A stretch of 64,000 bases of DNA, taken from NCBI RefSeq assembly GCF_055900595.2, contig NZ_CM148325.1; one strand, given 5' to 3'. The position numbers and the translations under genes are program-made. Positions 11,801 through 22,456 of the stretch are shown piece by piece (the stretch's first letter is position 1; each line of letters opens with the position of its first letter). The notes under the pieces are model-generated. The model had not been told where the DNA came from, ran no database searches, and saw only the letters and a list, made by a program, of their open reading frames with translations.

Positions 11801-13783
11801 GGTGAATTGCGCGTCATGGCACAAGCATGGACGGCAGATGATTTCGGTAGCAACGAAAGCAAAGTGGTTGTTGCCGCACCGGTGATAGCAGAACTGAATA
11901 TGCCGCGCTTTATGGCCAGCGGTGACACCTCACGTCTGACGCTGGATATCACTAATCTTACCGATAAACCGCAAAAACTGAACGTTGCTCTGACCGCCAG
12001 TGGCTTGCTTGAACTGGTTAGCGATTCACCCGCAGCCGTTGAATTAGCGCCGGGCGTGCGAACCACGCTGTTTATCCCGGTGCGAGCATTGCCGGGTTAT
12101 GGTGATGGTGAAATTCAGGCCACTATTAGCGGGTTAGCGTTACCGGGCGAAACCGTTGCCGATCAGCATAAGCAGTGGAAAATGGGTGTCCGTCCGGCAT
12201 TTCCGGCACAAACCGTCAATTACGGTACGGCGTTGCAGCCTGGTGAGACATGGGCGATTCCAGCTGATGGATTGCAAAACTTCTCGCCTGTTACGCTGGA
12301 AGGGCAATTGTTGTTGAGCGGCAAAGCACCGTTGAATATTGCACGTTATATCAAAGAGTTAAAAGCGTATCCGTACGGTTGTCTGGAGCAAACCGCCAGC
12401 GGCCTGTTCCCGTCACTTTACACCAACGCAGCCCAACTGCAGGCGTTGGGAATCAAAGGCGACAGTGATGAGAAGCGCCGTGCGGCAGTCGATATCGGCA
12501 TTTCTCGTTTACTGCAAATGCAACGTGATAACGGTGGCTTTGCGCTGTGGGATAAAAACGGTGATGAAGAGTACTGGCTGACGGCTTACGTGATGGATTT
12601 CCTGGTCCGCGCAGGTGAGCAGGGTTACAGCGTGCCGACAGAAGCCATTAACCGGGGGAATGAGCGTCTACTGCGCTATTTACAAGATCCGGGCATGATG
12701 TCGATTCCGTATGCGGATAATCTCAAAGCCAGTAAATTCGCCGTACAGTCTTACGCTGCGCTGGTGCTGGCCCGTCAGCAAAAGGCACCGCTGGGTGCGC
12801 TGCGTGAAATCTGGGAGCATCGTGCCGATGCTGCGTCTGGATTACCGCTGCTGCAACTTGGCGTTGCGCTGAAAACCATGGGCGATGCAACGCGTGGTGA
12901 AGAAGCGATTGTGCTGGCGCTGAAAACGCCGCGCAATAGTGATGAGCGGATATGGCTGGGTGATTACGGTAGTCCACTGCGCGACAACGCATTGATGCTC
13001 TCCTTGCTGGAAGAGAACAAATTGCTATCCGATGAGCAGTACCCTCTGCTGAACACACTTTCGCAGCAGGCGTTCGGTGAACGCTGGTTATCAACTCAGG
13101 AAAGTAACGCGCTGTTCCTGGCTGCCCGTACGATTCAGGATTTACCGGGCAAATGGCAGGCGCAAACGTCTTTCTCTGCTGAGCTGCTGACAGGTGAGAA
13201 AGCGCAAACCAGCAATCTGAATAGCGATCAACTTGCCACCTTACAGGTGACCAACAGTGGCGATCAGCCGTTATGGCTGCGTGTGGATGCCAGCGGTTAT
13301 CCGCAATCCGCCCCTTTACCGGCGAGCAATGTGCTGCAAATCGAGCGCCATATTCTTGGCACTGACGGTAAGAGCAAATCGCTGGATTCGTTACGTAGCG
13401 GCGATCTGGTACTGGTCTGGTTGCAGGTCAAAGCCAGTAACAGCGTGCCGGATGCTTTGGTCGTTGATTTACTGCCTGCTGGCCTGGAACTGGAAAACCA
13501 GAACCTGGCTAACGGCAGCGCCAGCCTGGAGCAAAGTGGTAGCGAAGTGCAAAACCTACTCAGTCAAATGCAACAAGCGAACATTAAGCATATTGAGTTT
13601 CGTGACGATCGCTTTGTGGCGGCGGTTGCCGTTGATGAATATCAACCAGTCACGCTGGTGTATCTGGCGCGGGCGGTAACGCCGGGAACATACAATGTTC
13701 CGCAACCAATGGTGGAATCGATGTATGTTCCCCACTGGCGGGCGACTGGCGCGGCTGAAGATCTGTTGATTGTCAGACCGTAA
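8822..13783 (+). CDS. yfhM: alpha-2-macroglobulin family lipoprotein
   Basis: 1653-aa ORF, lipoprotein signal with lipobox LAGC, thioester-like CLEQ motif; conserved pairing with pbpC. Confidence 0.9.
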   Translation: MKKLRVAACMLMLALAGCDNNDNAPTAVKKDAPSEVTKAASSENASSAKLSAPERQKLAQQSAGKALTLLDLSEVQLDGAATLVLTFSIPLDPDQDFSRVIHVVDKKSGKVDGAWELSDNLKELRLRHLEPKRDLIVTIGKEVKALNNATFSKDYEKTITTRDIQPSVGFASRGSLLPGKVIEGLPVMALNVNNVDVNFFRVKPESLPAFISQWEYRNSLANWQSDKLLQMADLVYTGRFDLNPARNTREKLLLPLGDIKPLQQAGVYLAVMNQAGRYDYSNPATLFTLSDIGVSAHRYHNRLDIFTQSLGNGAAQQGVEVSLLNEKGQTLTQATSDAQGHVQLENDKNAALLLARKDGQTTLLDLKLPALDLAEFNIAGAPGYNKQFFMFGPRDLYRPGETVILNGLLRDADGKALPDQPIKLDVIKPDGQVLRSVVSQPENGLYHFTWPLDSNAATGMWHIRANTGDNQYRMWDFHVEDFMPERMALNLTGEKTPLTPKDEVKFSVVGYYLYGAPANGNTLQGQLFLRPLREAVSALPGFEFGDIAAENLSRTLDEVQLTLDDKGRGEVSTESQWKETHSPLQVIFQGSLLESGGRPVTRRAEQAIWPADALPGIRPQFASKSVYDYRTDSTVKQPIVDEGSNAAFDIVYSDAQGVKKAVSGLQVRLIRERRDYYWNWSEDEGWQSQFDQKDLIENEQTLDLQADETGKVSFPVEWGAYRLEVKAPNEAVSSVRFWAGYSWQDNSDGSGAVRPDRVTLKLDKASYRPGDTIKLHIAAPTAGKGYAMVESSEGPLWWQEIDVPAQGLDLTIPVDKTWNRHDLYLSTLVVRPGDKSRSATPKRAVGVLHLPLGDENRRLDLALETPAKIRPNQPLTVKIKASNKNGEMPKQVNVLVSAVDSGVLNITDYVTPDPWQAFFGQKRYGADIYDIYGQVIEGQGRLAALRFGGDGDELKRGGKPPVNHVNIVAQQALPVTLNEQGEGTVTLPIGDFNGELRVMAQAWTADDFGSNESKVVVAAPVIAELNMPRFMASGDTSRLTLDITNLTDKPQKLNVALTASGLLELVSDSPAAVELAPGVRTTLFIPVRALPGYGDGEIQATISGLALPGETVADQHKQWKMGVRPAFPAQTVNYGTALQPGETWAIPADGLQNFSPVTLEGQLLLSGKAPLNIARYIKELKAYPYGCLEQTASGLFPSLYTNAAQLQALGIKGDSDEKRRAAVDIGISRLLQMQRDNGGFALWDKNGDEEYWLTAYVMDFLVRAGEQGYSVPTEAINRGNERLLRYLQDPGMMSIPYADNLKASKFAVQSYAALVLARQQKAPLGALREIWEHRADAASGLPLLQLGVALKTMGDATRGEEAIVLALKTPRNSDERIWLGDYGSPLRDNALMLSLLEENKLLSDEQYPLLNTLSQQAFGERWLSTQESNALFLAARTIQDLPGKWQAQTSFSAELLTGEKAQTSNLNSDQLATLQVTNSGDQPLWLRVDASGYPQSAPLPASNVLQIERHILGTDGKSKSLDSLRSGDLVLVWLQVKASNSVPDALVVDLLPAGLELENQNLANGSASLEQSGSEVQNLLSQMQQANIKHIEFRDDRFVAAVAVDEYQPVTLVYLARAVTPGTYNVPQPMVESMYVPHWRATGAAEDLLIVRP

Positions 13784-16096
13784 ATGCCTCGCCTGTTAAC
13801 CAAACGCGGCTGCTGGATAGCGCTGGCAGCTGCGCCTTTTCTCCTTTTTTTTGCCGCGTGGGGAGCAGATAAACTCTGGCCCCTGCCATTGCATGAAGTC
13901 AATCCCGCACGCGTAGTCGTGGCGCAGGATGGTACGCCACTCTGGCGTTTCGCCGATGCTGAGGGCATCTGGCGCTATCCGGTAACCATCGAAGATGTCT
14001 CTCCGCGTTACCTTGAAGCACTGATCAATTATGAAGATCGCTGGTTCTGGAAGCATCCGGGGGTGAATCCATTCTCGGTGGCGCGCGCAGCATGGCAAGA
14101 TCTCACTTCGGGACGGGTTATTTCCGGCGGCAGCACACTCACCATGCAGGTTGCTCGTCTGCTTGATCCTCACCCCAAAACTTTTGGCGGCAAAATTCGC
14201 CAGCTCTGGCGCGCGTTTCAACTGGAATGGCACTTGTCTAAACGTGACATTCTGACCTTGTATCTTAATCGCGCTCCGTTTGGTGGTACGTTGCAGGGGA
14301 TCGGTGCGGCAAGCTGGGCATATCTCGGAAAATCGCCTGCGAATTTAAGCTATTCCGAGGCGGCAATGCTGGCGGTGTTACCACAAGCGCCCAGCCGACT
14401 GCGTCCGGATCGCTGGCCGGAACGAGCCGAGGCCGCACGTAATAAAGTGCTCAATCGGATGGCTGCGCAAGGTGTGTGGTCCCGTGAGCAGGTAAAAGAA
14501 TCTAGTGAAGAGCCCATCTGGTTGGCACCCAGACAAATGCCGCAACTGGCACCGCTGTTTTCGCGCATGATGCTCGGTAAAAGCAAAAGCGACAAAATCG
14601 TTACTACGCTGGATGCTGGTTTACAGCGTCGTCTGGAAGAACTGGCGCAAAACTGGAAAGGACGATTGCCACCGCGCAGTTCGTTGGCAATGATCGTTGT
14701 TGATCATACTGATATGAGTGTGCGCGGCTGGGTAGGATCGGTTGATCTTAATGATGATTCCCGCTTTGGGCATGTCGATATGGTCAATGCGATCCGATCG
14801 CCGGGATCGGTACTCAAACCGTTTGTTTATGGTCTGGCGCTGGATGAAGGCTTGATCCACCCTGCATCGCTGTTGCAAGACGTTCCCCGGCGCACTGGTG
14901 ATTATCGACCAGGCAACTTTGACAGCGGTTTTCATGGCCCGATCAGCATGAGCGAGGCGCTGGTGCGCTCTCTGAATTTACCTGCTGTGCAGGTGCTGGA
15001 AGCCTATGGGCCGAAACGGTTTGCGGCAAAGTTACGCAATGTTGGATTGCCGTTATATCTGCCCAACGGCGCTGCACCGAATCTTTCGCTCATTCTCGGC
15101 GGCGCAGGTGCAAAACTGGAGGATATGGCTGCAGCGTATACCGCATTTGCTCGCCACGGTAAGGCGGGTAAGTTGCGCTTACAGCCGGGGGACCCATTAC
15201 TTGAGCGACCGTTAATGTCGCCGGGGGCCGCGTGGATTATCCGCCGTATTATGGCAGATGAAGCGCAGCCGCTTCCGGATGGCGCTTTGCCACGCGTCGT
15301 ACCACTGGCGTGGAAAACAGGAACCAGTTATGGCTATCGCGATGCATGGGCTATTGGCGTTAACGCTCGTTACGTAATTGGGATCTGGACTGGCAGACCG
15401 GACGGTACGCCCGTTGTCGGTCAGTTTGGCTTTGCCAGCGCCGTACCGCTGTTGAATCAGGTCAATAATATCTTACTGTCGCGCAGTGCGAATCTGCCGG
15501 AAGACCCGCGTCCTGATTCTGTAAGCCGTGGCGTTATCTGCTGGCCGGGTGGGCAATCATTGCCAGAAGGCGATAGCAATTGCCGCCGTCGTCTTGCCAC
15601 CTGGCTGCTCGAAGATAGCCAGCCACCAACATTACTTTTACCGGAGCAAGAAGGAATAAGTGGGATTCGTTTCCCCATCTGGCTTGATGAGCAAGGTAAA
15701 CGTGTTGCTGCTGATTGTCCTCAGGCTCGACAAGAAATGATTAATGTCTGGCCATTACCACTTGAACCCTGGCTACCTGCTGCTGAACGACGAGTAGCGC
15801 GCTTACCTGGAGCATCAACAAATTGCCCGCCCTATGGTCGCGATGCTCAGGTACCTTTACAGTTGATTGGTGTGCGTGATGGCGTAATTATCAAACGTCT
15901 GCCAGGAGCTACTGATGCGTCATTACCAGTACAATTAAGCGGAGGAACAGGCGAACGCTGGTGGTTTCTTAATGGTGAACCGTTAGCTGAACGCGGGCGT
16001 AACGTGACTCTGCATTTGACAGAGAAAGGCGATTATCAATTGCTGGTAATGGACGAAATGGGGCAGGTGGCGACAGTGAGATTTGTCATGCAGTAG
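13784..16096 (+). CDS. pbpC: penicillin-binding protein 1C (transglycosylase/transpeptidase)
   Basis: 770-aa ORF starting on the nucleotide after the yfhM stop; glycosyltransferase motifs followed by a transpeptidase domain. Confidence 0.9.
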   Translation: MPRLLTKRGCWIALAAAPFLLFFAAWGADKLWPLPLHEVNPARVVVAQDGTPLWRFADAEGIWRYPVTIEDVSPRYLEALINYEDRWFWKHPGVNPFSVARAAWQDLTSGRVISGGSTLTMQVARLLDPHPKTFGGKIRQLWRAFQLEWHLSKRDILTLYLNRAPFGGTLQGIGAASWAYLGKSPANLSYSEAAMLAVLPQAPSRLRPDRWPERAEAARNKVLNRMAAQGVWSREQVKESSEEPIWLAPRQMPQLAPLFSRMMLGKSKSDKIVTTLDAGLQRRLEELAQNWKGRLPPRSSLAMIVVDHTDMSVRGWVGSVDLNDDSRFGHVDMVNAIRSPGSVLKPFVYGLALDEGLIHPASLLQDVPRRTGDYRPGNFDSGFHGPISMSEALVRSLNLPAVQVLEAYGPKRFAAKLRNVGLPLYLPNGAAPNLSLILGGAGAKLEDMAAAYTAFARHGKAGKLRLQPGDPLLERPLMSPGAAWIIRRIMADEAQPLPDGALPRVVPLAWKTGTSYGYRDAWAIGVNARYVIGIWTGRPDGTPVVGQFGFASAVPLLNQVNNILLSRSANLPEDPRPDSVSRGVICWPGGQSLPEGDSNCRRRLATWLLEDSQPPTLLLPEQEGISGIRFPIWLDEQGKRVAADCPQARQEMINVWPLPLEPWLPAAERRVARLPGASTNCPPYGRDAQVPLQLIGVRDGVIIKRLPGATDASLPVQLSGGTGERWWFLNGEPLAERGRNVTLHLTEKGDYQLLVMDEMGQVATVRFVMQ

Positions 16097-16244
16097 TCTG
16101 TTTTGCTCATATTTGTTGCTTAAACTCGTTTTATTTTAAAAAAATGTTACCTTCATCAATAGTCAACGGCCCTGTTGCTCATTATAATCCGCGCCATCTC
16201 GTACGCTGGTACAGACAACAACAGAATAATTTACAGAGGTAAAA

Positions 16245-16676
16245 ATGGCTATTGAACGTACTTTTTCCATCATCAAACCGAACGCGGTAGCAAAAAACGT
16301 CATTGGCAATATCTTTGCGCGCTTTGAAGCTGCAGGGTTCAAAATTGTCGGCACCAAAATGCTGCACCTGACCGTTGAACAGGCTCGTGGCTTTTATGCT
16401 GAACACGATGGAAAACCGTTCTTTGATGGTCTGGTTGAATTCATGACCTCTGGCCCGATCGTGGTTTCCGTGCTGGAAGGTGAAAACGCCGTTCAGCGTC
16501 ACCGCGATCTGCTGGGCGCGACCAATCCGGCAAACGCACTGGCTGGTACTCTGCGTGCTGATTACGCTGACAGCCTGACCGAAAACGGTACTCACGGTTC
16601 TGATTCCGTCGAATCTGCCGCTCGCGAAATCGCTTATTTCTTCGGCGAAGGTGAAGTGTGCTCGCGCACGCGTTAA
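16245..16676 (+). CDS. ndk: nucleoside diphosphate kinase
   Basis: 143-aa ORF; [16 protein letters not shown]-terminus and NGTHGSDS active-site His motif. Confidence 0.95.
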   Translation: MAIERTFSIIKPNAVAKNVIGNIFARFEAAGFKIVGTKMLHLTVEQARGFYAEHDGKPFFDGLVEFMTSGPIVVSVLEGENAVQRHRDLLGATNPANALAGTLRADYADSLTENGTHGSDSVESAAREIAYFFGEGEVCSRTR

Positions 16677-16825
16677 TAATTTCGTAAATGCCGCGTGCAA
16701 ACGTGGCATCCATGCGCCAGAATTTGTACAATGCAGCGCCCCCGGACGAGCAGCCGCTCACCGGGGCGTTTCTTTTTTCAACCCTCCAGGGGCCATAACG
16801 TGTAATAACGAGGCCGGAATAGCAT

Positions 16826-17980
16826 ATGTCTGAACAATTAGTCACACCTGAAAACGTCACCACGAAAGATGGAAAAATCAACCTGCTGGATCTCAACCGT
16901 CAGCAGATGCGGGAGTTTTTTAAAGATTTAGGTGAAAAACCCTTCCGCGCCGATCAGGTGATGAAGTGGATGTATCACTATTGCTGCGACAACTTTGATG
17001 AGATGACCGACATCAACAAAGTGTTGCGCGGCAAACTAAAAGAGGTGGCGGAAATCCGCGCACCGGAAGTGGTTGAAGAACAGCGTTCATCTGACGGCAC
17101 CATTAAATGGGCGATTGCCGTTGGCGATCAGCGCGTTGAAACGGTGTATATCCCGGAAGACGACCGTGCCACGCTTTGCGTTTCCTCGCAGGTGGGGTGT
17201 GCGCTGGAGTGTAAATTCTGTTCCACCGCCCAGCAGGGCTTTAACCGCAATCTGCGGGTGTCGGAAATTATCGGCCAGGTGTGGCGTGCAGCGAAAATCG
17301 TTGGCGCAGCAAAAGTCACCGGTCAGCGCCCAATCACTAACGTAGTGATGATGGGTATGGGCGAGCCGCTGCTCAACCTGAACAACGTCGTTCCGGCGAT
17401 GGAAATCATGCTCGATGATTTCGGTTTTGGTCTGTCTAAACGTCGCGTTACGCTCTCTACATCAGGCGTTGTTCCGGCGCTGGATAAACTGGGCGATATG
17501 ATCGACGTAGCGCTGGCAATTTCCCTGCACGCGCCGAACGACGAAATTCGTGACGAAATTGTGCCGATCAACAAAAAGTACAATATCGAAACGTTCCTTG
17601 CTGCGGTGCGCCGCTATCTGGAGAAATCTAACGCCAATCAGGGCCGAGTCACTATTGAATACGTGATGCTTGATCACGTTAACGACGGCACTGAACACGC
17701 GCACCAACTGGCGGAGCTGCTGAAAGATACGCCGTGTAAGATCAACCTGATCCCGTGGAACCCGTTCCCTGGCGCGCCGTATGGACGCAGCTCAAACAGT
17801 CGTATCGACCGTTTCTCAAAAGTGCTGATGAGCTACGGTTTCACCACTATTGTGCGTAAAACTCGTGGTGATGATATCGATGCTGCCTGTGGTCAGTTGG
17901 CGGGCGATGTTATCGACCGTACGAAACGTACCCTGCGTAAACGAATGCAGGGTGAGGCCATCGACATTAAAGCGGTCTGA
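16826..17980 (+). CDS. rlmN: 23S rRNA/tRNA m2A methyltransferase, radical SAM
   Basis: 384-aa ORF with radical-SAM cysteine motif CALECKFC. Confidence 0.92.
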
Positions 17981-17985
17981 TAGCC

Positions 17986-18030
17986 ATTACGCCACGGTTA
18001 CTTTATGTACCGTGGCGTAATCTTTTATGA
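17986..18030 (+). terminator. rho-independent terminator after rlmN
   Basis: Perfect 13-bp inverted repeat ATTACGCCACGGT / ACCGTGGCGTAAT with 10-nt loop, followed by CTTTTAT. Confidence 0.7.
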
Positions 18031-18264
18031 ATGAAGTATTAAGTTGCAATTGTCTGGTCAATATTAACGGTGCGTTTTTGCTGACTTTAAGGCAGTATGT
18101 AACGATGCAACAGTAAGTTAGCCTTAGTGAATGTGGGCTTTGTCACGAGCACACAGACGGTCTTATACTGTATGATAACGGTTAACTTAACGGATGTTTC
18201 GCGGTGTGGGTGAGCATGATGGTTCACCGGCATCTCAATTCTCATTTAAACGTACCTGCAGCGA

Positions 18265-19278
18265 ATGAATACTGAAGCCACGCACGACCAAAATGAAGCA
18301 CTTACTACCGGCGCTCGCCTGCGTAATGCTCGCGAACAACTAGGACTTAGTCAGCAGGCCGTTGCTGAGCGACTTTGCCTGAAGGTTTCCACGGTACGCG
18401 ACATTGAAGAAGATAAGGCACCTGCCGATCTTGCTTCAACATTCCTGCGCGGATATATCCGCTCTTATGCGCGTCTGGTACATATTCCAGAAGAAGAACT
18501 GCTACCGGGGCTGGAAAAACAGGCTCCACTACGAGCTGCAAAAGTTGCGCCGATGCAGAGTTTTTCCCTCGGTAAACGCCGCAAAAAACGTGACGGCTGG
18601 CTGATGACCTTCACCTGGCTGGTGTTGTTTGTGGTTATTGGCCTGAGCGGTGCCTGGTGGTGGCAAGACCACAAAGCTCAGCAGGAAGAGATCACTACTA
18701 TGGCCGATCAATCTTCTGCGGAACTGAGCAGTAATAACGAACAGGGGCAGAGTGTTCCGTTAGATACGTCGACAACCACAGACCCGACTACGACGTCCAC
18801 GCCGCCAGCGTCTGTGGATACTACCGCAACTAACACGCAAACACCTGCCATAACTTCGCCAGCACCAGCTGTTGATTCACAACAGAATGCAGTTGTTTCA
18901 CCTTCGCAGGCAAATGTTGATACCGCTGCGACCCCGGCACCAACGGCAACAACAACGCCAGATGGTGCTGCGCCGTTGCCAACCGATCAGGCTGGCGTGA
19001 CCACGCCGGCGGCTGACCCGAATGCGCTGGTGATGAACTTTACTGCCGATTGCTGGCTGGAAGTCACTGATGCTACCGGTAAAAAACTGTTTAGCGGTAT
19101 GCAGCGTAAAGACGGTAATTTGAACTTAACCGGCCAGGCTCCGTATAAACTGAAAATTGGTGCGCCAGCCGCAGTACAGATCCAGTATCAAGGGAAACCT
19201 GTCGATCTGAGTCGTTTTATCAGAACTAACCAGGTTGCGCGTCTGACCCTAAATGCCGAACAATCACCGGCGCAGTAA
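18265..19278 (+). CDS. rodZ: cytoskeleton protein RodZ
   Basis: 337-aa ORF: N-terminal XRE-type HTH, single TM segment, Pro/Thr/Ala-rich periplasmic linker. Confidence 0.9.
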   Translation: MNTEATHDQNEALTTGARLRNAREQLGLSQQAVAERLCLKVSTVRDIEEDKAPADLASTFLRGYIRSYARLVHIPEEELLPGLEKQAPLRAAKVAPMQSFSLGKRRKKRDGWLMTFTWLVLFVVIGLSGAWWWQDHKAQQEEITTMADQSSAELSSNNEQGQSVPLDTSTTTDPTTTSTPPASVDTTATNTQTPAITSPAPAVDSQQNAVVSPSQANVDTAATPAPTATTTPDGAAPLPTDQAGVTTPAADPNALVMNFTADCWLEVTDATGKKLFSGMQRKDGNLNLTGQAPYKLKIGAPAAVQIQYQGKPVDLSRFIRTNQVARLTLNAEQSPAQ

Positions 19279-19304
19279 CAGACGGGTAACGCGGGAGATT
19301 TTTC

Positions 19305-20423
19305 ATGCATAACCAGGCTCCAATTCAACGTAGAAAATCAACACGTATTTACGTTGGGAATGTGCCGATTGGCGATGGTGCCCCCATCGCCGTACAGTCC
19401 ATGACCAATACGCGTACGACAGACGTCGAAGCTACGGTCAATCAAATTAAGGCGCTGGAACGTGTTGGCGCTGATATCGTCCGTGTCTCCGTACCGACGA
19501 TGGACGCGGCAGAAGCGTTCAAGCTCATCAAACAACAGGTTAACGTACCGCTGGTGGCTGATATCCACTTTGACTATCGCATTGCGCTGAAAGTAGCGGA
19601 ATACGGGGTCGATTGTTTGCGTATTAACCCTGGCAATATCGGTAATGAAGAGCGTATTCGCATGGTGGTTGACTGCGCGCGCGATAAAAACATTCCGATC
19701 CGTATTGGCGTTAACGCTGGATCGCTGGAAAAAGATCTGCAAGAAAAGTATGGCGAACCGACGCCGCAGGCGTTGCTGGAATCTGCCATGCGTCATGTTG
19801 ATCATCTCGATCGCCTGAACTTCGATCAGTTCAAAGTCAGCGTGAAAGCGTCTGACGTCTTCCTCGCTGTTGAGTCTTATCGTTTGCTGGCAAAACAGAT
19901 CGATCAACCGCTGCATCTTGGGATCACCGAAGCGGGCGGCGCACGTAGTGGGGCAGTAAAATCTGCCATTGGTTTAGGCCTGCTGCTGTCTGAAGGCATC
20001 GGCGACACGCTGCGCGTATCGCTGGCGGCCGATCCGGTCGAAGAGATCAAAGTCGGTTTCGATATTTTGAAATCGCTGCGTATCCGTTCGCGCGGGATCA
20101 ACTTCATCGCCTGCCCGACCTGTTCGCGTCAGGAGTTTGACGTTATCGGTACGGTTAACGCCCTGGAGCAACGCCTGGAAGATATCATCACTCCGATGGA
20201 CGTTTCGATTATCGGCTGCGTGGTGAATGGACCAGGTGAGGCGCTGGTTTCTACACTCGGCGTCACCGGCGGCAACAAGAAAAGCGGCCTCTATGAAGAT
20301 GGCGTGCGCAAAGACCGTCTGGACAACAACGATATGATCGACCAGCTGGAAGCGCGCATTCGTGCGAAAGCCAGCCAACTGGATGAAGCGCGTCGAATTG
20401 ACATTCAGCAGGTTGAAAAATAA
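19305..20423 (+). CDS. ispG: HMBPP synthase (4-hydroxy-3-methylbut-2-enyl diphosphate synthase)
   Basis: 372-aa ORF; conserved GcpE family sequence with C-terminal Cys ligands. Confidence 0.93.
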   Translation: MHNQAPIQRRKSTRIYVGNVPIGDGAPIAVQSMTNTRTTDVEATVNQIKALERVGADIVRVSVPTMDAAEAFKLIKQQVNVPLVADIHFDYRIALKVAEYGVDCLRINPGNIGNEERIRMVVDCARDKNIPIRIGVNAGSLEKDLQEKYGEPTPQALLESAMRHVDHLDRLNFDQFKVSVKASDVFLAVESYRLLAKQIDQPLHLGITEAGGARSGAVKSAIGLGLLLSEGIGDTLRVSLAADPVEEIKVGFDILKSLRIRSRGINFIACPTCSRQEFDVIGTVNALEQRLEDIITPMDVSIIGCVVNGPGEALVSTLGVTGGNKKSGLYEDGVRKDRLDNNDMIDQLEARIRAKASQLDEARRIDIQQVEK

Positions 20424-20533
20424 TAACGTGATGGGAAGCGCCTCGCTTCCCGTGTATGATTGAACCCGCATGGCTCCCGAAATATTGAGGGGCGCGTTGA
20501 GGGTTCATTTTTATATTCAGAAAGAGAATAAAC

Positions 20534-21808
20534 GTGGCAAAAAACATTCAAGCCATTCGCGGCATGAACGATTACCTGCCTGGCGAAACGGCCATCTGGC
20601 AGCGCATTGAAGGCACACTGAAAAACGTGCTCGGCAGCTACGGTTACAGTGAAATCCGCTTGCCGATTGTAGAGCAGACCCCGCTATTCAAACGTGCGAT
20701 TGGTGAAGTCACCGACGTGGTTGAAAAAGAGATGTACACCTTTGAGGATCGCAATGGCGACAGCCTGACTCTGCGCCCTGAAGGGACGGCGGGCTGTGTA
20801 CGCGCCGGCATCGAGCATGGTCTTCTGTACAATCAGGAACAGCGTCTATGGTATATCGGGCCGATGTTCCGTCACGAGCGTCCGCAGAAAGGGCGTTATC
20901 GTCAGTTCCACCAGTTGGGCTGCGAAGTTTTCGGTCTACAAGGTCCTGATATCGACGCTGAACTGATTATGCTCACCGCCCGCTGGTGGCGTGCGCTGGG
21001 TATCTCTGAACACGTAACTCTTGAGCTGAACTCTATCGGTTCGCTGGAAGCACGCGCCAATTATCGCGATGCGCTGGTTGCATTCCTTGAGCAGCATAAA
21101 GAAAAGCTGGACGAAGACTGCAAACGCCGCATGTACACTAACCCGCTGCGCGTGCTGGATTCCAAAAATCCGGAAGTGCAGGCCCTTCTCAACGACGCCC
21201 CAGCATTAGGTGACTATCTTGACGAGGAATCTCGTGAGCACTTTGCTGGTCTGTGCAAACTGCTGGAGAGCGCGGGTATCGCTTACACCGTAAACCAGCG
21301 TCTGGTGCGTGGTCTGGATTACTATAACCGTACTGTTTTTGAGTGGGTGACTAACAGCCTCGGTTCCCAGGGCACCGTGTGCGCAGGCGGTCGTTATGAC
21401 GGTCTGGTGGAACAACTGGGTGGTCGTGCAACACCGGCAGTCGGTTTCGCGATGGGCCTCGAACGTCTTGTATTGTTAGTTCAGGCCGTTAATCCGGAAT
21501 TTAAAGCCGATCCTGTTGTCGATATATATCTGGTGGCTTCAGGTGCTGACACACAATCTGCGGCTATGGCATTAGCAGAGCGTTTGCGTGATGAATTACC
21601 GGGCGTGAAACTGATGACCAACCACGGCGGCGGCAACTTTAAGAAGCAGTTTGCCCGTGCTGATAAATGGGGCGCCCGCGTTGCTGTGGTGCTGGGTGAG
21701 TCTGAAGTGGCTAACGGCACAGCAGTAGTGAAGGATTTGCGCTCTGGTGAGCAAACGGCAGTTGCGCAGGATAGCGTAGCCGCGCATTTGCGCACGTTAC
21801 TGGGTTAA
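20534..21808 (+). CDS. hisS: histidyl-tRNA synthetase
   Basis: 424-aa ORF with class II aaRS motifs; initiates at GTG 20534 ([10 protein letters not shown]). Confidence 0.93.
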
Positions 21809-21825
21809 GGAAGGAGAAGGACAGC

Positions 21826-22446
21826 GTGGAAATTTACGAGAACGAAAACGACCAGGTTGAAGCGGTTAAACGCTTTTTTGCTGAAAATGGCAAAGCACTG
21901 GCTGTTGGGGTGATTTTGGGCGTTGGCGCATTGATTGGCTGGCGCTACTGGAACAGCCATCAGGTTGATTCTACACGCTCCGCTTCTCTTGCCTATCAAA
22001 ATGCGGTTACCGCAGTGAGCGAAGGCAAACCGGATAGCATCCCGGCGGCGGAAAAATTTGCTGCTGAAAATAAAAATACCTATGGTGCGCTGGCTTCTTT
22101 GGAACTTGCGCAGCAATTTGTTGACAAAAATGAACTAGAGAAAGCTGCCACCCAGTTACAACAGGGATTGGCGGACACGAGCGATGAAAATCTCAAAGCC
22201 GTGATAAATCTGCGTCTTGCTCGCGTTCAGGTTCAGCTCAAGCAGGCTGATGCCGCGCTGAAAACCCTTGATACCATCAAAGGTGAAGGGTGGGCTGCCA
22301 TTGTTGCCGACCTGCGTGGTGAAGCATTGCTGAGCAAAGGTGATAAGCAAGGTGCGCGTAGTGCATGGGAAGCAGGCGTGAAAAGCGATGTTACCCCGGC
22401 ACTGAGCGAAATGATGCAGATGAAAATTAATAATTTGTCCATCTGA
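21826..22446 (+). CDS. yfgM: TPR-like membrane-anchored protein YfgM
   Basis: 206-aa ORF with N-terminal TM helix, GTG start; conserved upstream of bamB. Confidence 0.85.
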   Translation: MEIYENENDQVEAVKRFFAENGKALAVGVILGVGALIGWRYWNSHQVDSTRSASLAYQNAVTAVSEGKPDSIPAAEKFAAENKNTYGALASLELAQQFVDKNELEKAATQLQQGLADTSDENLKAVINLRLARVQVQLKQADAALKTLDTIKGEGWAAIVADLRGEALLSKGDKQGARSAWEAGVKSDVTPALSEMMQMKINNLSI

Positions 22447-22456
22447 GAGGGACCCG

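Noticed and set aside
20534-21840. Non-ATG start codons of hisS (GTG) and yfgM (GTG) as possible annotation errors
   Set aside because: N-terminal sequences match the expected conserved proteins, and GTG starts are common in E. coli; not anomalous.
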